Of a stretch of 64,000 nucleotides of DNA, positions 13,001-20,200 are shown in pieces; positions within the stretch are counted from its first letter, which is position 1, and every line of letters begins with the position of its first letter. This stretch comes from an uncultured virus (IMG/VR IMGVR_UViG_3300027847_001048) (taxonomy: Duplodnaviria > Heunggongvirae > Uroviricota > Caudoviricetes). A model generated the notes under the pieces. The model saw only the letters and a list, made by a program, of their open reading frames with translations, was not told the DNA's origin and made no database searches. The DNA lies in the IMG/VR virus record IMGVR_UViG_3300027847_001048; one strand, given 5' to 3'. A program made the translations under genes and the position numbers.

Positions 13001-16000
13001 GGTATGCACGTCAACTCCGCAGCAGGCGGGTTGCGATGGGTGTTCTCGGCCCCTCTCGTTGAAGAAAACATTGGATCGTATCTGCATCTTACGAAGCCGT
13101 CCGTGTATCGCTTCTCGAAGAAGCTGGCTTCGCAGAAGAATGCCGATGTCTCTTACGAAGAGGACTTCCATTGGACCAGTGGATATCCCCGAGAGGGCGA
13201 TACTTACTGGAACTCTACGGACATCTTCCGAGTCAACCGCTGCCCGAACACCATGAACATGATGGTGGGTGGTGACTGTGAGACTTACTCACCGGAGATC
13301 ATCCGAGTGTACCCCTCTGCCGAAACGGAAATCGTTGACGAAGGGGCTACGGATAGCGGTCAAGGCCGGATGATCATGTACTCGCCGCTTGGCGTGTGGG
13401 GTAACTGGCCGGATAGTGCGACAGGATCGTTGCCCGCATCTGGTTCTGTCAATGAGCCTGTGATCTACGCTCTTCAGCCCATCGCCCGGGAACGCATCGT
13501 CTCTATCAAGGCGTCTGCTGGCAGTTCCAATGTGGTTCGGGGTGCGGGTTATGATCCGATCCAGGGGTCAATGAACGACTCGGGGTTGACCAACGACCGA
13601 TTGGGTCGAGGCCCCCTCTCCGGTGTTCACGTTCAAGAGCATATGGTCGGCGATGTGAGCAGTTCGCATGTCAGCCCCACTGGGATCATCATGTCCTCCC
13701 CGTGGTTGCTGTTATCTCGGGCAGATGCTCAACGAGCAGTGCCGCAAGCTGACGGCCCTTATTCGATAGCAGAGGCGGCGGAGGATCTTGGGCAAGCTGG
13801 GAACAACATTGGATCGAACTTCTTTGGGGACACAGCCAACTGGCTGCTGAACAGCCACGATCCAATCTGGGTGGACCCCGAGCACGGTGAATGGACTGGT
13901 GATCCACAAATCTCCAATGAAGCCCAAGATTCTTACTTCGGACTCGGACAGGTTCCTTCTTACTTCTACTCTCTCTATGCGTGGGCACCTGCGGGGCAGT
14001 GGTGGGAGACTTTGATTCCCAACCTCTCCGAGACGCAGGGTCAGTACAACGCAAGCTGTACGCCGCCGACTATGCGCTTTGATCTAACAGAGGCTTACAC
14101 CCAGGCCATGCAACCCGGTGGCGGAACCAACTCGCCTTACCCGAACCACGCCCCAAAGGGCGCTCGCCTAAACCGAATCTGGGTCAACTTCGGCGTGTGG
14201 GGTAACGAACCCCAAGGTCGGCATACACAGCTTGGTCTTCCCGGGTACAAACAGAGTGATAACACGACAGCGCCCAACGAGGTTCTTAGCGAATACCACA
14301 TGGCGTTCAACTTGGTCTGTGAGCTTCCTGGTTCACAGGCTCGACTGAAGCCCCGTGACCACACCTATGTCCAACTCAAGTGGGACACCTCCGCTCAAGG
14401 GGTCTATTACAATGACACTTATTGGTACGGGACTACGATTACGATCCGACACTCCGATACGATGGGCAACATACAGTCCCTCGTTTTTGAAGCTGTGGAG
14501 CAGGCTGACCTTACGGCACTGGACGGTGGGGGAGACCCACTGTACGAAACGTCCGACCATAACCTTGGTAGTATTGGCCCATCACAGACACTTGGGAAGT
14601 ATGTGGTCCCCCTTGACGCACCGGGTGTTGTCCCAAGCGTAAATCATGTGATCGCTGCTCGGAGGCTGGCGGCTGAAATCAACCGGGTGTCCACAATCGC
14701 CAGCGATCCCAACCACAACGACTATGACCCAAACCTCTCATCGTTCAACCTGACGGCTTACGCCGTGGGTACCCGGGTTCGGATTGAGGCCAATGTCCCG
14801 GGAGACTCTGGGTTCGAGATTCGGTCCCATCATTCTTACTACTATATCGTTGGGATGACGACGAGCCTCTACCAGCCGCCTCGTATGGTTCTGGAAGCTG
14901 GAAGCGTAGTTGACAACACGCCTACGGCGTTCCGCACTTTCCGAGGGGGCGCACCCACAGAGCTTCATACTGGAACGTGCAGCTTCCCCTTTGGGGACCG
15001 AGCACCCAACGCTTTGGCAACCTACAACGCTTCCCAGCTACACCATACGGACCAAGGCTCTCGGGCTCCCGGTGGCACGGTGGTCATTCCCCTGTACTGC
15101 AACCGTGAGGCAGGAGACCTAATGCCTAACGTCATGGAGCGGTATGTAGACGTTGGCCCGTATTCCGAGATTGGCTACGGCCAGTTGACTCCCGATTGGG
15201 CGTTGGGCAGCTATGAGTTTGGTTTCGGGGCGGGTGAATCTGAATGGCCGTGGAAGAGGACCACGATGCCAATCGAGAAAGCGGTGCTCCAGGGGGGGAT
15301 GCTGACAGTGATCAAGATGCTCCCTTGGTATCTTGGCGGGCATATGTGGAACCTCTCGCTGAATGACGCCAGCTTTTCCATGTATATGGGGAACGCCCAT
15401 ACGCCGGTTGTGTGGGGTGGTATCGACTTCGACACTGCCAACTCCAACCCAGGTGGGTTCCAAGGTGAGCAAACCGAACGAGGACAGTTCACGGCTCCAT
15501 TCCTCAAGCCGGAATACAGCATCGCTTTGGCGTCTTTGTTCCCACGCTTGTCCCGAGTCGGTGGTGGTGTCCGAGACACCTTCACGTCAGGATTGGTAGC
15601 AAATGGTGACATTTTCCGCCGCTCTGCTAATGGCACCACAGGGAACGGGCCAGCTTCTTTGAGTGCTGCTGCCATGACAGGGATTGTTGTGGCTCACAAC
15701 GCCACCAGTCCTCGCCCACCGCTCCGTACCGATGGCGGCCTTATGTTCGGCGCAGAGACATCACCCTCCTATCCCAATGACCAGGATGAGTCTTATGGGT
15801 ATACATCCAGCGGGCAAAGCGGTACGAGTAAGTTCTCTGCAAGGTCACCGGGAACTTGTCCTCATGCGTTTACGATTGCTCTTACTCCGGTCGGGGATCG
15901 CTTTGATCCACCAAGAGGCGAAGATGGGCATCGAGTCTCTGTGTCACCTCATGGGATTCATGCGGCCAAAGATCCGGTTTCCGGTGATCTCGTACCCCGG

Positions 16001-16366
16001 CCCTACTCATGGGATGGGGACCAGCGGCTTCCGTTCCACGGTAGGACTTTGCAGCCCTACACCGACCGACCCTTCAAGGTGGGCAACTGGTTGGATGAGG
16101 TACTGAAGGAATACGGGATCGCCACTCCTTCTGGGTCTATGTTGCCGCCCGGTGCCCGAATCTTCCTTGAAGTGGCGACAGGTCCAGGCCCCGGTGTTGT
16201 AAACGCCATCGACAAACAATACTGGATGGAAGGCCAAGATGAGTGGGCACGAGTCTCAAGTGGGTGTTGGGTCGGTAGTGTGAAATGTGCCTTTGATGTC
16301 GAAACGGCTGATGGCACAGCTTACACAAGAGATGTGAATGTTCTCGGCGATGAGGAGGATCGGTAG
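1094..16366 (+). CDS. Giant 5090-aa protein, probable virion/tail-associated structural protein
   Basis: 15.3-kb uninterrupted ORF with GGAGAG upstream. Gly/Ser/Thr/Asp-rich. Contains tail-protein-like segments (YLTIDYSAGIVVL; TTPHPHHLQVGDEVTISG...LNGRHRV). No catalytic motif recognised. Confidence 0.75.
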   Translation: MATDKELLEKLRKALEEKGHTTALREPWQEHLDRHTSVSSTASLQASEIFSDFAGSWAASYQVDPTATDLDKISNERLPPSPAKMTSKLGLPGYPEVNFIPYSHNTNRFGVKGPSLLGHPISFEVIGPTAKSPNVDWQWFLQEGSSEDRLYLDLGANLQDPNGSSVLAPSITSLQDGYGDLYGDNSQAGIYVIITQTGENSKTDTQVTGVGDGYIALEGVAGPGGGLREAIRAKTGASKYEIFRVVSWSNDYLQLDPGKRIRDHFDISASTDPIIRSIMLVRPKATRMVSIPGTGDAKGQERALVVVPPERSLNSDLKPPYEYDNAAPGSWRTEGFYGAWPGLGNGDSNLYAQGSSLPVPRIVGRSRALLPSTLEVPGVPPNLLVLKAATYSGVEDARDELKAGDVIHLHEVYSDELAEVAPKLTASPHGWWEVTSVPARGGTDQFIQLRGIEEVNPRTGKAHFGPWAIDGSGQDLSQPVPQVWVKFTIHKPIKDLWSNTGTGYQFDLDALKSARLTNLIDPSWVRESGKAIEIGHETVWAKADKAIFDTTSSQQGLSGTNANPGSLLDLGFRMVLFPAMASGDHLVPDFANPIDSLEVRLDEDAADERQYLTIDYSAGIVVLSHSPKLGCELDPHGLIGQITDLNPRGELVLFASCVPYSMEMGQLGSSIRVTSGAMEPDWCLPDSTQADVYGARHRVDIKTDVDGAPQIVGSQVLGQSLVLALAVPATPMEFKKSLAAFPVAGHIEILQSSEAPAFTTTSSTTDTIRLSTFSYNGVDVYTDSDGPWVRLRNVYGGADAGNSVTVNHDGEFLVVFRKDFYPETVIDSTGDSDFSYQLDTTHGSAKRTKTLRFAHANLFENLDGTITVYPTAVDGPAEELRAFFPLGGPDDTARFHLVPETQMWTADSGPCRDDGEHEVGIEIKRGRFFSSMRVDVRQDHMRYWRFTNLVSKLELQAPQGLETPPDTFVAHINTGQDATQPLPPHYMDWMPQSEGALCAVIEGSVIFSRGLAELGSSAVSASTESARFVLNARMYMGLDSQFFAGRPSFRDEYAQRDTFPSRGLESQIAGILAEAEEGPANPINWFAHTAEVWNNDLNADRWEVRAKELREDVNNHYGRQRHGGMGKIASFYTDALESPNYKEDTRLAFTERQVSTLPTKPYLLSDPIPQDGMAFPEGYRYILTVKSADPKNGNASKWITAQVISTDEMPVTTDPNVVAHYLNNAIYDGTVSNNIDAELDNAGFFKTLGAGASYAAGNSLLGTSTLVSNLTRNPMLTRDERQFLWCGPGDPRHPEHVIGGSNDTGKVALLCGGWGSASAESSAGSHRDFTNVVVEFTHTADFGDAGCSGCEDLAEFLGGDFALDRPTCGLFFGGHAWETFQVGAQAYGTDLPIEGSQLFVGSQVYTLTADDNVVHPDKPFVGTNVRIASGGFDTLKNLVRAISTHSGDRVWMFLPPEYLQDQTSQAIIENAPGHIIRQEEDVTQLRWVGGRQNDPANPWLTFSQPGGASDLHATVWWYRPAPAVNTDVNPWEFGSGLDGNKTEARLSDALGFLQRGTPPLGSMAGSFPIRGTYGDTEALVLGMPKGDSPYYSGPQAGTGLPKIHGKHAIPGYLGRWAWDIENTIDPIDVTDPTTAGIGQILATYGVGAHSENHFSSQLANRTSLEMAGVAPDGFINTTPHPHHLQVGDEVTISGSSLQLPWLGEHKALNGRHRVIALSTDQDGNTDPFKFQIDLGDGTGSVIQDPIDNFYEFHGLGEVSVGKTFQTTDTRCGFGEQQTGYESFLVYAVELDRHDTAALLKKKTVRDFIGVGDIITGRSLSIAGDETYPFVPVEGQRNDPSFHGLVFDPLAPLSLKTGAVDEQGAPVTVDKIGSSAFTFLVHRTMNTDRAAWPSSEQAQLASALPSHLRMSEVQPYDFGFSTPDRAFPVGESFSISIIANANAITSSGTFKSLYSALYGIHGKGYTGTSATPGLDGGSVTSWPGESSIPNAIFMAGGRINLLSNLNPTAPAGLVFSSPTPGVSDVNAEERYATTYIEHGVFVSTFNAHHPSPHSSYKLPTIGVGAPLDSAGLHSAFSTLRGNTEAQFKGGSSIGGVGGLRISGDATIWLKNVRGMGGKNAYVRRSPTIYYTKSPSGAPALGNTTTGPITSFGRDGVSGHTPSGFSASKRTTVNSDGATLHLQEATIEIGLTRADLASFRYATGNPEFPALRDDVHEPLQDQDSDGYWDDQGEGERMLHYANAVDSVDLPVPARFLTGSYLTLSPTQPPGWDEAGSPNTRSSSKVLTDLRLDEQGNPTLTNPNDGSWRITGVPMITASFRTSGSIDGYGASVYQTFPAGDGMSSGPVVDTTSPDEIVQGTGFQGMSASASESSIVAVLQVRVERYSLISSNPALDEGSLFHHQFVPENANPGEFRDGEGIALDSVLSHTWSISADPGGDSPILVAEVIDPGGSPTGAPASLHGLTFNPKVLASGANTVPMRLVPVFSRTPQTDSIAGMDTRLMGIHSNQTHRGETRSFAMFTVKGVGRSPVIWDTAQETYLRATIFSSQRADRLDDLISSQTTQGVFERDQTGRVSFVGHPARLGLGVVLDGGLGLVSARAFRAQPRSPVTDTVGSLTVFGHNAAYPMLNLLKPRQHVGVELPSTFNTVEFYEDTVIVGPLGSLIFDDGRAVHGLPAMDIAGRYASASFKSSPHRLGIGVTKGYAAAGAPGDNWSIGDLITRSDTLFPFTVAGIKFHSPGGLVYERAYRSIDARTGPKSMFLGKKAQAGIRGLEIPWTGECLLLPKGPPTIHGKGHANWRWTNDSSGWDYFDFGEANRATGHTPLDTPLYEFHGGYGRGHLEPHFPVLPGPIFDTMTTSGVQTNLISPDSSAGVSQHRGHPGNVYMGYRHSLSRDDGDIFKTWNHWNSSAESFTKVARQQMRVLDGMVLEDVTNGTFFTIGDIGRMDEMVKGTIELVTDFGSANVDSWDSKTIIIVVQDWDDYVEEEDGDDGSGDDLITFVIYFVDVISDPETQVQISDATDPAEKAKETVDNLLQFMASNDWFRANNVGCVLDQTGWDEKTVLRFSGPVSARHEATFITGSSVSPVSGQAPFSLVPNSFSNYRWHRGTGKPGETLELGQWGGERTVKRSSTGGSVTAGGGQPGTTVFHFLQNAPEQGISGGSNIIAPGEKITFGVSPGPPDYQQNSTRIGAYSYASQLEIDVSDSTLTGVTIAFSTTDPSVDPTLWASGAGHWQSNEFNPGTSGAKVLVEIIGDGDSSGAAATPQPLWYYGVTSSGDILAGGSVTVTGGTSANEVALSVHPGSGYPFLDVDGAGIVNVGIVTTYSIPSSYTTDYNLLYESVAKTGFLNVMALTAVADTPGPFQFQIVNGDNKATFINLVQAWNNAPWHEVFDFANCPGLNYAPIARLIGQIERYSETSSQTYSGQIPAYPWIWAVEFMTREIGPDTSNGAFFMKKSSGVDGNGDPIWDYLMTLGEGSSTEVFINGGMGLDISKIEAAAEVYGGTDPNGDVIPVRPWDAGPFWEGWEIDGLIIELIPFVNGYTPELIFDLNGHYDPTKDLFSTQEAGYGDRVDGGMVRRNLAGHLYRVVPNVEFVPVLGKRGVDGGLLPPLANPHDPQSVIPSADAVFYSAGYNFRGASSHGVGDIGRSLYICGTHNYVYTGWWTIIDVVENYPLSVFDDFTLGRPENGDHSLRTVAVLRKSNRGNGTRNPADNGLNQGDGALPLQYRPPRVRMGMNHQTNGFPQGDKRGATHYGFFSQGSVTGKRPEYSDLWLTVTLSKGGPTEALHRQQWRVLTDDMWDGIVYDIDSDGVIFPLAANPSLQVTDAVSLATYCNQDVRTNGKAVKFPAGHTLSKPWIRWQTDHNVSSVYGTAVVVSYNTNELKTSPHASEWLCGPGGRLQINFFSNASVGFQGGDPSAGAQYTMGVGFLSFTGHNSELDATTGDRNNHLWAHPVKLYGSQPSDGILEVDAGMHVNSAAGGLRWVFSAPLVEENIGSYLHLTKPSVYRFSKKLASQKNADVSYEEDFHWTSGYPREGDTYWNSTDIFRVNRCPNTMNMMVGGDCETYSPEIIRVYPSAETEIVDEGATDSGQGRMIMYSPLGVWGNWPDSATGSLPASGSVNEPVIYALQPIARERIVSIKASAGSSNVVRGAGYDPIQGSMNDSGLTNDRLGRGPLSGVHVQEHMVGDVSSSHVSPTGIIMSSPWLLLSRADAQRAVPQADGPYSIAEAAEDLGQAGNNIGSNFFGDTANWLLNSHDPIWVDPEHGEWTGDPQISNEAQDSYFGLGQVPSYFYSLYAWAPAGQWWETLIPNLSETQGQYNASCTPPTMRFDLTEAYTQAMQPGGGTNSPYPNHAPKGARLNRIWVNFGVWGNEPQGRHTQLGLPGYKQSDNTTAPNEVLSEYHMAFNLVCELPGSQARLKPRDHTYVQLKWDTSAQGVYYNDTYWYGTTITIRHSDTMGNIQSLVFEAVEQADLTALDGGGDPLYETSDHNLGSIGPSQTLGKYVVPLDAPGVVPSVNHVIAARRLAAEINRVSTIASDPNHNDYDPNLSSFNLTAYAVGTRVRIEANVPGDSGFEIRSHHSYYYIVGMTTSLYQPPRMVLEAGSVVDNTPTAFRTFRGGAPTELHTGTCSFPFGDRAPNALATYNASQLHHTDQGSRAPGGTVVIPLYCNREAGDLMPNVMERYVDVGPYSEIGYGQLTPDWALGSYEFGFGAGESEWPWKRTTMPIEKAVLQGGMLTVIKMLPWYLGGHMWNLSLNDASFSMYMGNAHTPVVWGGIDFDTANSNPGGFQGEQTERGQFTAPFLKPEYSIALASLFPRLSRVGGGVRDTFTSGLVANGDIFRRSANGTTGNGPASLSAAAMTGIVVAHNATSPRPPLRTDGGLMFGAETSPSYPNDQDESYGYTSSGQSGTSKFSARSPGTCPHAFTIALTPVGDRFDPPRGEDGHRVSVSPHGIHAAKDPVSGDLVPRPYSWDGDQRLPFHGRTLQPYTDRPFKVGNWLDEVLKEYGIATPSGSMLPPGARIFLEVATGPGPGVVNAIDKQYWMEGQDEWARVSSGCWVGSVKCAFDVETADGTAYTRDVNVLGDEEDR

Positions 16367-16369
16367 CCA

Positions 16370-17227
16370 ATGCGTGTACTTGTTGATCTAACGAGTCATG
16401 TGACGGCCCTAACGGGCTCGTTGCCCGACCCCGATCCTGTAACTGGAGTCCCCGGCACCCAACTTGGTGTGTCCGGTATTACTCAAGTTGAAAAGGATGC
16501 GGATCTCTATGTCCCCGTTCCTGTGAACGGGAAGTACATCGTTCCTATCCCCGAAGGACTATCGGTCCATGTGGATAAGGACTCTAAAGTGCTTCCTATT
16601 GATGGGAAGGATATCTCCAGCAAGGCGTATGCGGAGCTTCTGGCTCGATATCCGATGTATGGGCATATCTACTTCAACCCCTTGCTGACCGTCTCGAACC
16701 TTATGGAGATTGATCCGGTCAAGGAGTTTCGGGACAACTCGGTGAAGCCTCCAAGATGGTTCTCCGGTCGCTATCAGACTGGTAGGGCCGTGGAAAATCA
16801 CCCCCAGAATGGGAACGCTCCCAACTCAACGGCGGTGCTTCCGATCAATGCAACGGTTGATCCGGCACGCCCTGGGATGCTCATTACTGAAGAAATCGAC
16901 CTCACCCCCTATACCGGGGAAGCGGGGACGGACGAGTTCATGGCTTATTGGAGGATTTACGTCTTCGATACGAGCCATGACATTTCGGGAGGGTTGTTCG
17001 GACAGCACGCAGGGGTCAACGAACCCGCTATTCGTTCAATCATCGAGATAGATCAAGAACCTGAAGGGTTCACAACGTATTTGACGATTGACGATGGAGT
17101 GAACTGGTTTGAAGTTGGAAGGTTGGAACCCATCTCGTTTTGTTGCAAGGTTACCAAGGTACGCCTCGCTTTCCGAAACGACTCCCCAACCAAAATCCAT
17201 GTGGCTTCATTTGCCTTTATGTTTTGA
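16370..17227 (+). CDS. Hypothetical structural-module protein (285 aa)
   Basis: Tightly packed between two giant ORFs, with GAGGAGG upstream. Confidence 0.7.
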   Translation: MRVLVDLTSHVTALTGSLPDPDPVTGVPGTQLGVSGITQVEKDADLYVPVPVNGKYIVPIPEGLSVHVDKDSKVLPIDGKDISSKAYAELLARYPMYGHIYFNPLLTVSNLMEIDPVKEFRDNSVKPPRWFSGRYQTGRAVENHPQNGNAPNSTAVLPINATVDPARPGMLITEEIDLTPYTGEAGTDEFMAYWRIYVFDTSHDISGGLFGQHAGVNEPAIRSIIEIDQEPEGFTTYLTIDDGVNWFEVGRLEPISFCCKVTKVRLAFRNDSPTKIHVASFAFMF

Positions 17228-17244
17228 TATGAGTGGCGGGAAAC

Positions 17245-20200
17245 ATGGCTGAAGATTTCGGAAATGGCGCAAGTCGCACACTCTCTGCACTAATGAGGCA
17301 GTTTTCTGCCGTTGTATGGCAGAAGGGTAAGCCGCCGCTGGATTCGGAACTCAACTTGATGAGTCAAGTTGAGGCCGAACGACTGCGGCAAACTGTCAAA
17401 TCTGTGATGCACAGTGGATGGTTGATTGATCCGACGAGGACCAAGATTGACTTCAGTTGCTCTAAAGACTGGAGCAACTACTTCGTCTTCGGTAAGCAGA
17501 AGTCAGGAGAAAAGGAACCTCTCCTGTTTGCTAACGTCAATGGATGGGTCATTCCCGTTGCTGGCACTTTCACCGAGACTGAAGAAGAGAAGACAAACCG
17601 CATCCGTCTGAACCCGCCACCCGCAACAGACAGCCGGGTGGATTTGGTGTTCTTGGAGGCTTGGCAGACCCTTGTCGCCCCCAACCCGAGCGAGGCCAAC
17701 AAGCCCGCCGTGGATAAGGTCTGGAAGTACGGCAACGTCGAGTACGGCGGGTCGAATATCGAAGACGATCTGGAAGACCCGACTATTGGGTTCGAGACCT
17801 CCGAAAGATGTCAGATTCAATACCGCATCCGTGTCTATGGATCGGGTGCAGGTCTTGGTGCTGGTGTAGCTCTCGATAAGTATCCAGACGGTCTGGGAGA
17901 CCTCAACATTCTTGGTCAAGGTACACAGGACGCTCCTGTGGCTGGTTCCTCCTTCGCTAATGTGCGGGAGAAGTTGGATGACCCATCGCTTTGGCGTGCC
18001 GGTGACGGCGACCCAAACAATGCCTTGGGGACAATCGACGGCTACGTCTATGCTATCCCCCTCTGTGCAATCTTCCGGCGTAACACTAATACCTTTGTGG
18101 CTGTGACTTCGGCAGGGAACCCAAACCAGAACGGTGCCCTTGATCGAAACCCATCTACGGGACAGCTTGCGGACCCCCGAGAAGGGGCCAAGGCTCTTGC
18201 AGTTCCGACTTTGTTGGACAACCTGCTGGCCGATTCCTTGGGGACAGTACAAGTAACTGGTCTCATTGGATCTGGGTTTGATGACACGTTGCATCTCCCC
18301 GAGGGTCTTTTCCTTCAGGTTGAAGATGAGATCATCGGGATTTCAGAAGTAGACGTTACTACGACCCCCCCGACCATTACGTTAGAAGACCGTGGCCGTT
18401 ACGGAACCCACGCCACGACGCATTTAGCGGGCTCACCGATTCAGTTCTTCAGTGTCCGACCTGATGGGTTGTTCGCTGATGAGGTTCATCCAACTGATAT
18501 CTTGGATCTCCGACGAGCCGTGACTCCCGGCGAGTGGGATTACCACCGTCTTCTTGAACACAACATCGCCGCCCTGGCGAAGAATGACCTGCACTCCACC
18601 CATAAGAGGTCGGCTGCGGGAGATACCGAGGGTCCAGTCGTTGCCGAAGTCAGCTACATGCTGGCGGACGGGTCCACAGATGTTCCAAACCATACAGAGG
18701 GCTTGGACGGTCCAGACGGCACCCGAATCATCTTCTCCGATGCTTGCAGTGTGCAACAGCAGGTGACGTTGCTTCTCGATAATGATGCCACGCTCACCCA
18801 AGGTGCAGTCAATGATGAGTTCGACTCCAATGTTGGTTGGGATGTAGCACCAGACTTCAAGCCGAGCGGCTGGGTCAATAACGAGGGCAGCACCGGCTCT
18901 TGGACCAACGGATCAGTCATCTTCCTCCATATTGGGGGCGAAGACGGTAGCGGAGGCGCACGGGCGTCATTCCGTTCTGGGTCCGACAAGAAGGTGCGGT
19001 TCGTCACTCCCAAGGAACATTGGAAGACGGGCTACCCTACGGTAAACCCTCTGAACGGCAACCAATACCCCGTCACAGTGCAGTTCTTGGGGGCACCGGC
19101 TCACCAGCCGATGGCTCTCTATGAGCAAGACGTGGACGCCCACGCACTCAAGAAGCACCCGGGTCCGATGTACCCCTATCGACGGCTCAACTTCGAGTCC
19201 CCTTTCATCGTGTTGGGTGGTCTGCTTGATTCATCTTTACGCATGACTGGTCTGGCCGTTGCGACCAAGTACACCGCTATTGCACAGGCGGAGGGCTTCT
19301 GTGAGATCCAAGTTGATGTGAACTTCGACACCGAAGGGGTGTACCACACTACGGAACACGGACAGTTCGAGAACGACCCCTCCACGGTTTCTGCCCCACT
19401 CTTGCGGGGTAGCCGAACGCTATACGGCATGTTGACAGACGAGGGGAGAGACCGCACAGGCAAGTCTTCCGAAGTCTATGTAGTGCTTTATGGGGACAAT
19501 GCGTCAGGGGGTCGAGTCAACAATGGCTGCTTCCGAGTCATTGGGGCCGGGACAGCCGGATACACGGAGCACTCTGCTGATGATGCCTACTCTATTGTAG
19601 TGGCCCCTCTTGATCCAGAGTTCACTACGTTCGACACCACCACGGGCGGTGTTGTCACTGCCGAGTTCCGTTCCCAGTACACCAATGCCGAAGACGGTAA
19701 TGGACTGACAACCGGAGACCCTGCTCTTTGTATCGTATTGACCGACCTTGGCGGGTTGGCCGACCATCCTTGGAACAAGGCTCTTCTTGACGATACTGTT
19801 GGGGACTTTGATTATTCGTTCCCAATCGACGCAGCAAGTGGTCTGGTGAAGATCGACGCCAAGCTCGTTCTATCGACTACGCTGCTTTATCACCCGGGAC
19901 GTGGAGCTATGGCTCGCTTGCCGGATAGCCTCACCCGGTTCTCGCTAACAAACGCTGATAGCACCTACCTACGACAGTCTCCTGGGGCGCTTGACACCAC
20001 TTTCTCTGCGGCGTCTGGAACCCCAGGGAGCGAAACCTTCTTCGATCCAGTTCATGTCCAGCTTTGGAATCGTTTGCCGTCTTTGGGTTGGGATGCTCCC
20101 GTTGCTCCTGGCTACGGTGGCCGCATTGTTGCGAACACAGAGCAGGATCGAGACAACGAGTTGTTCATCGACCGTGGCAGTAAGACGGTAGTCTTCCGTC

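Noticed and set aside
1094..16366. Tape measure, virion RNA polymerase or intein-containing protein
   Set aside because: No Ala/Leu helical periodicity, no DxDGD or NADFDGD motif, and no C...HN-C/S/T intein or LAGLIDADG motifs recognised.
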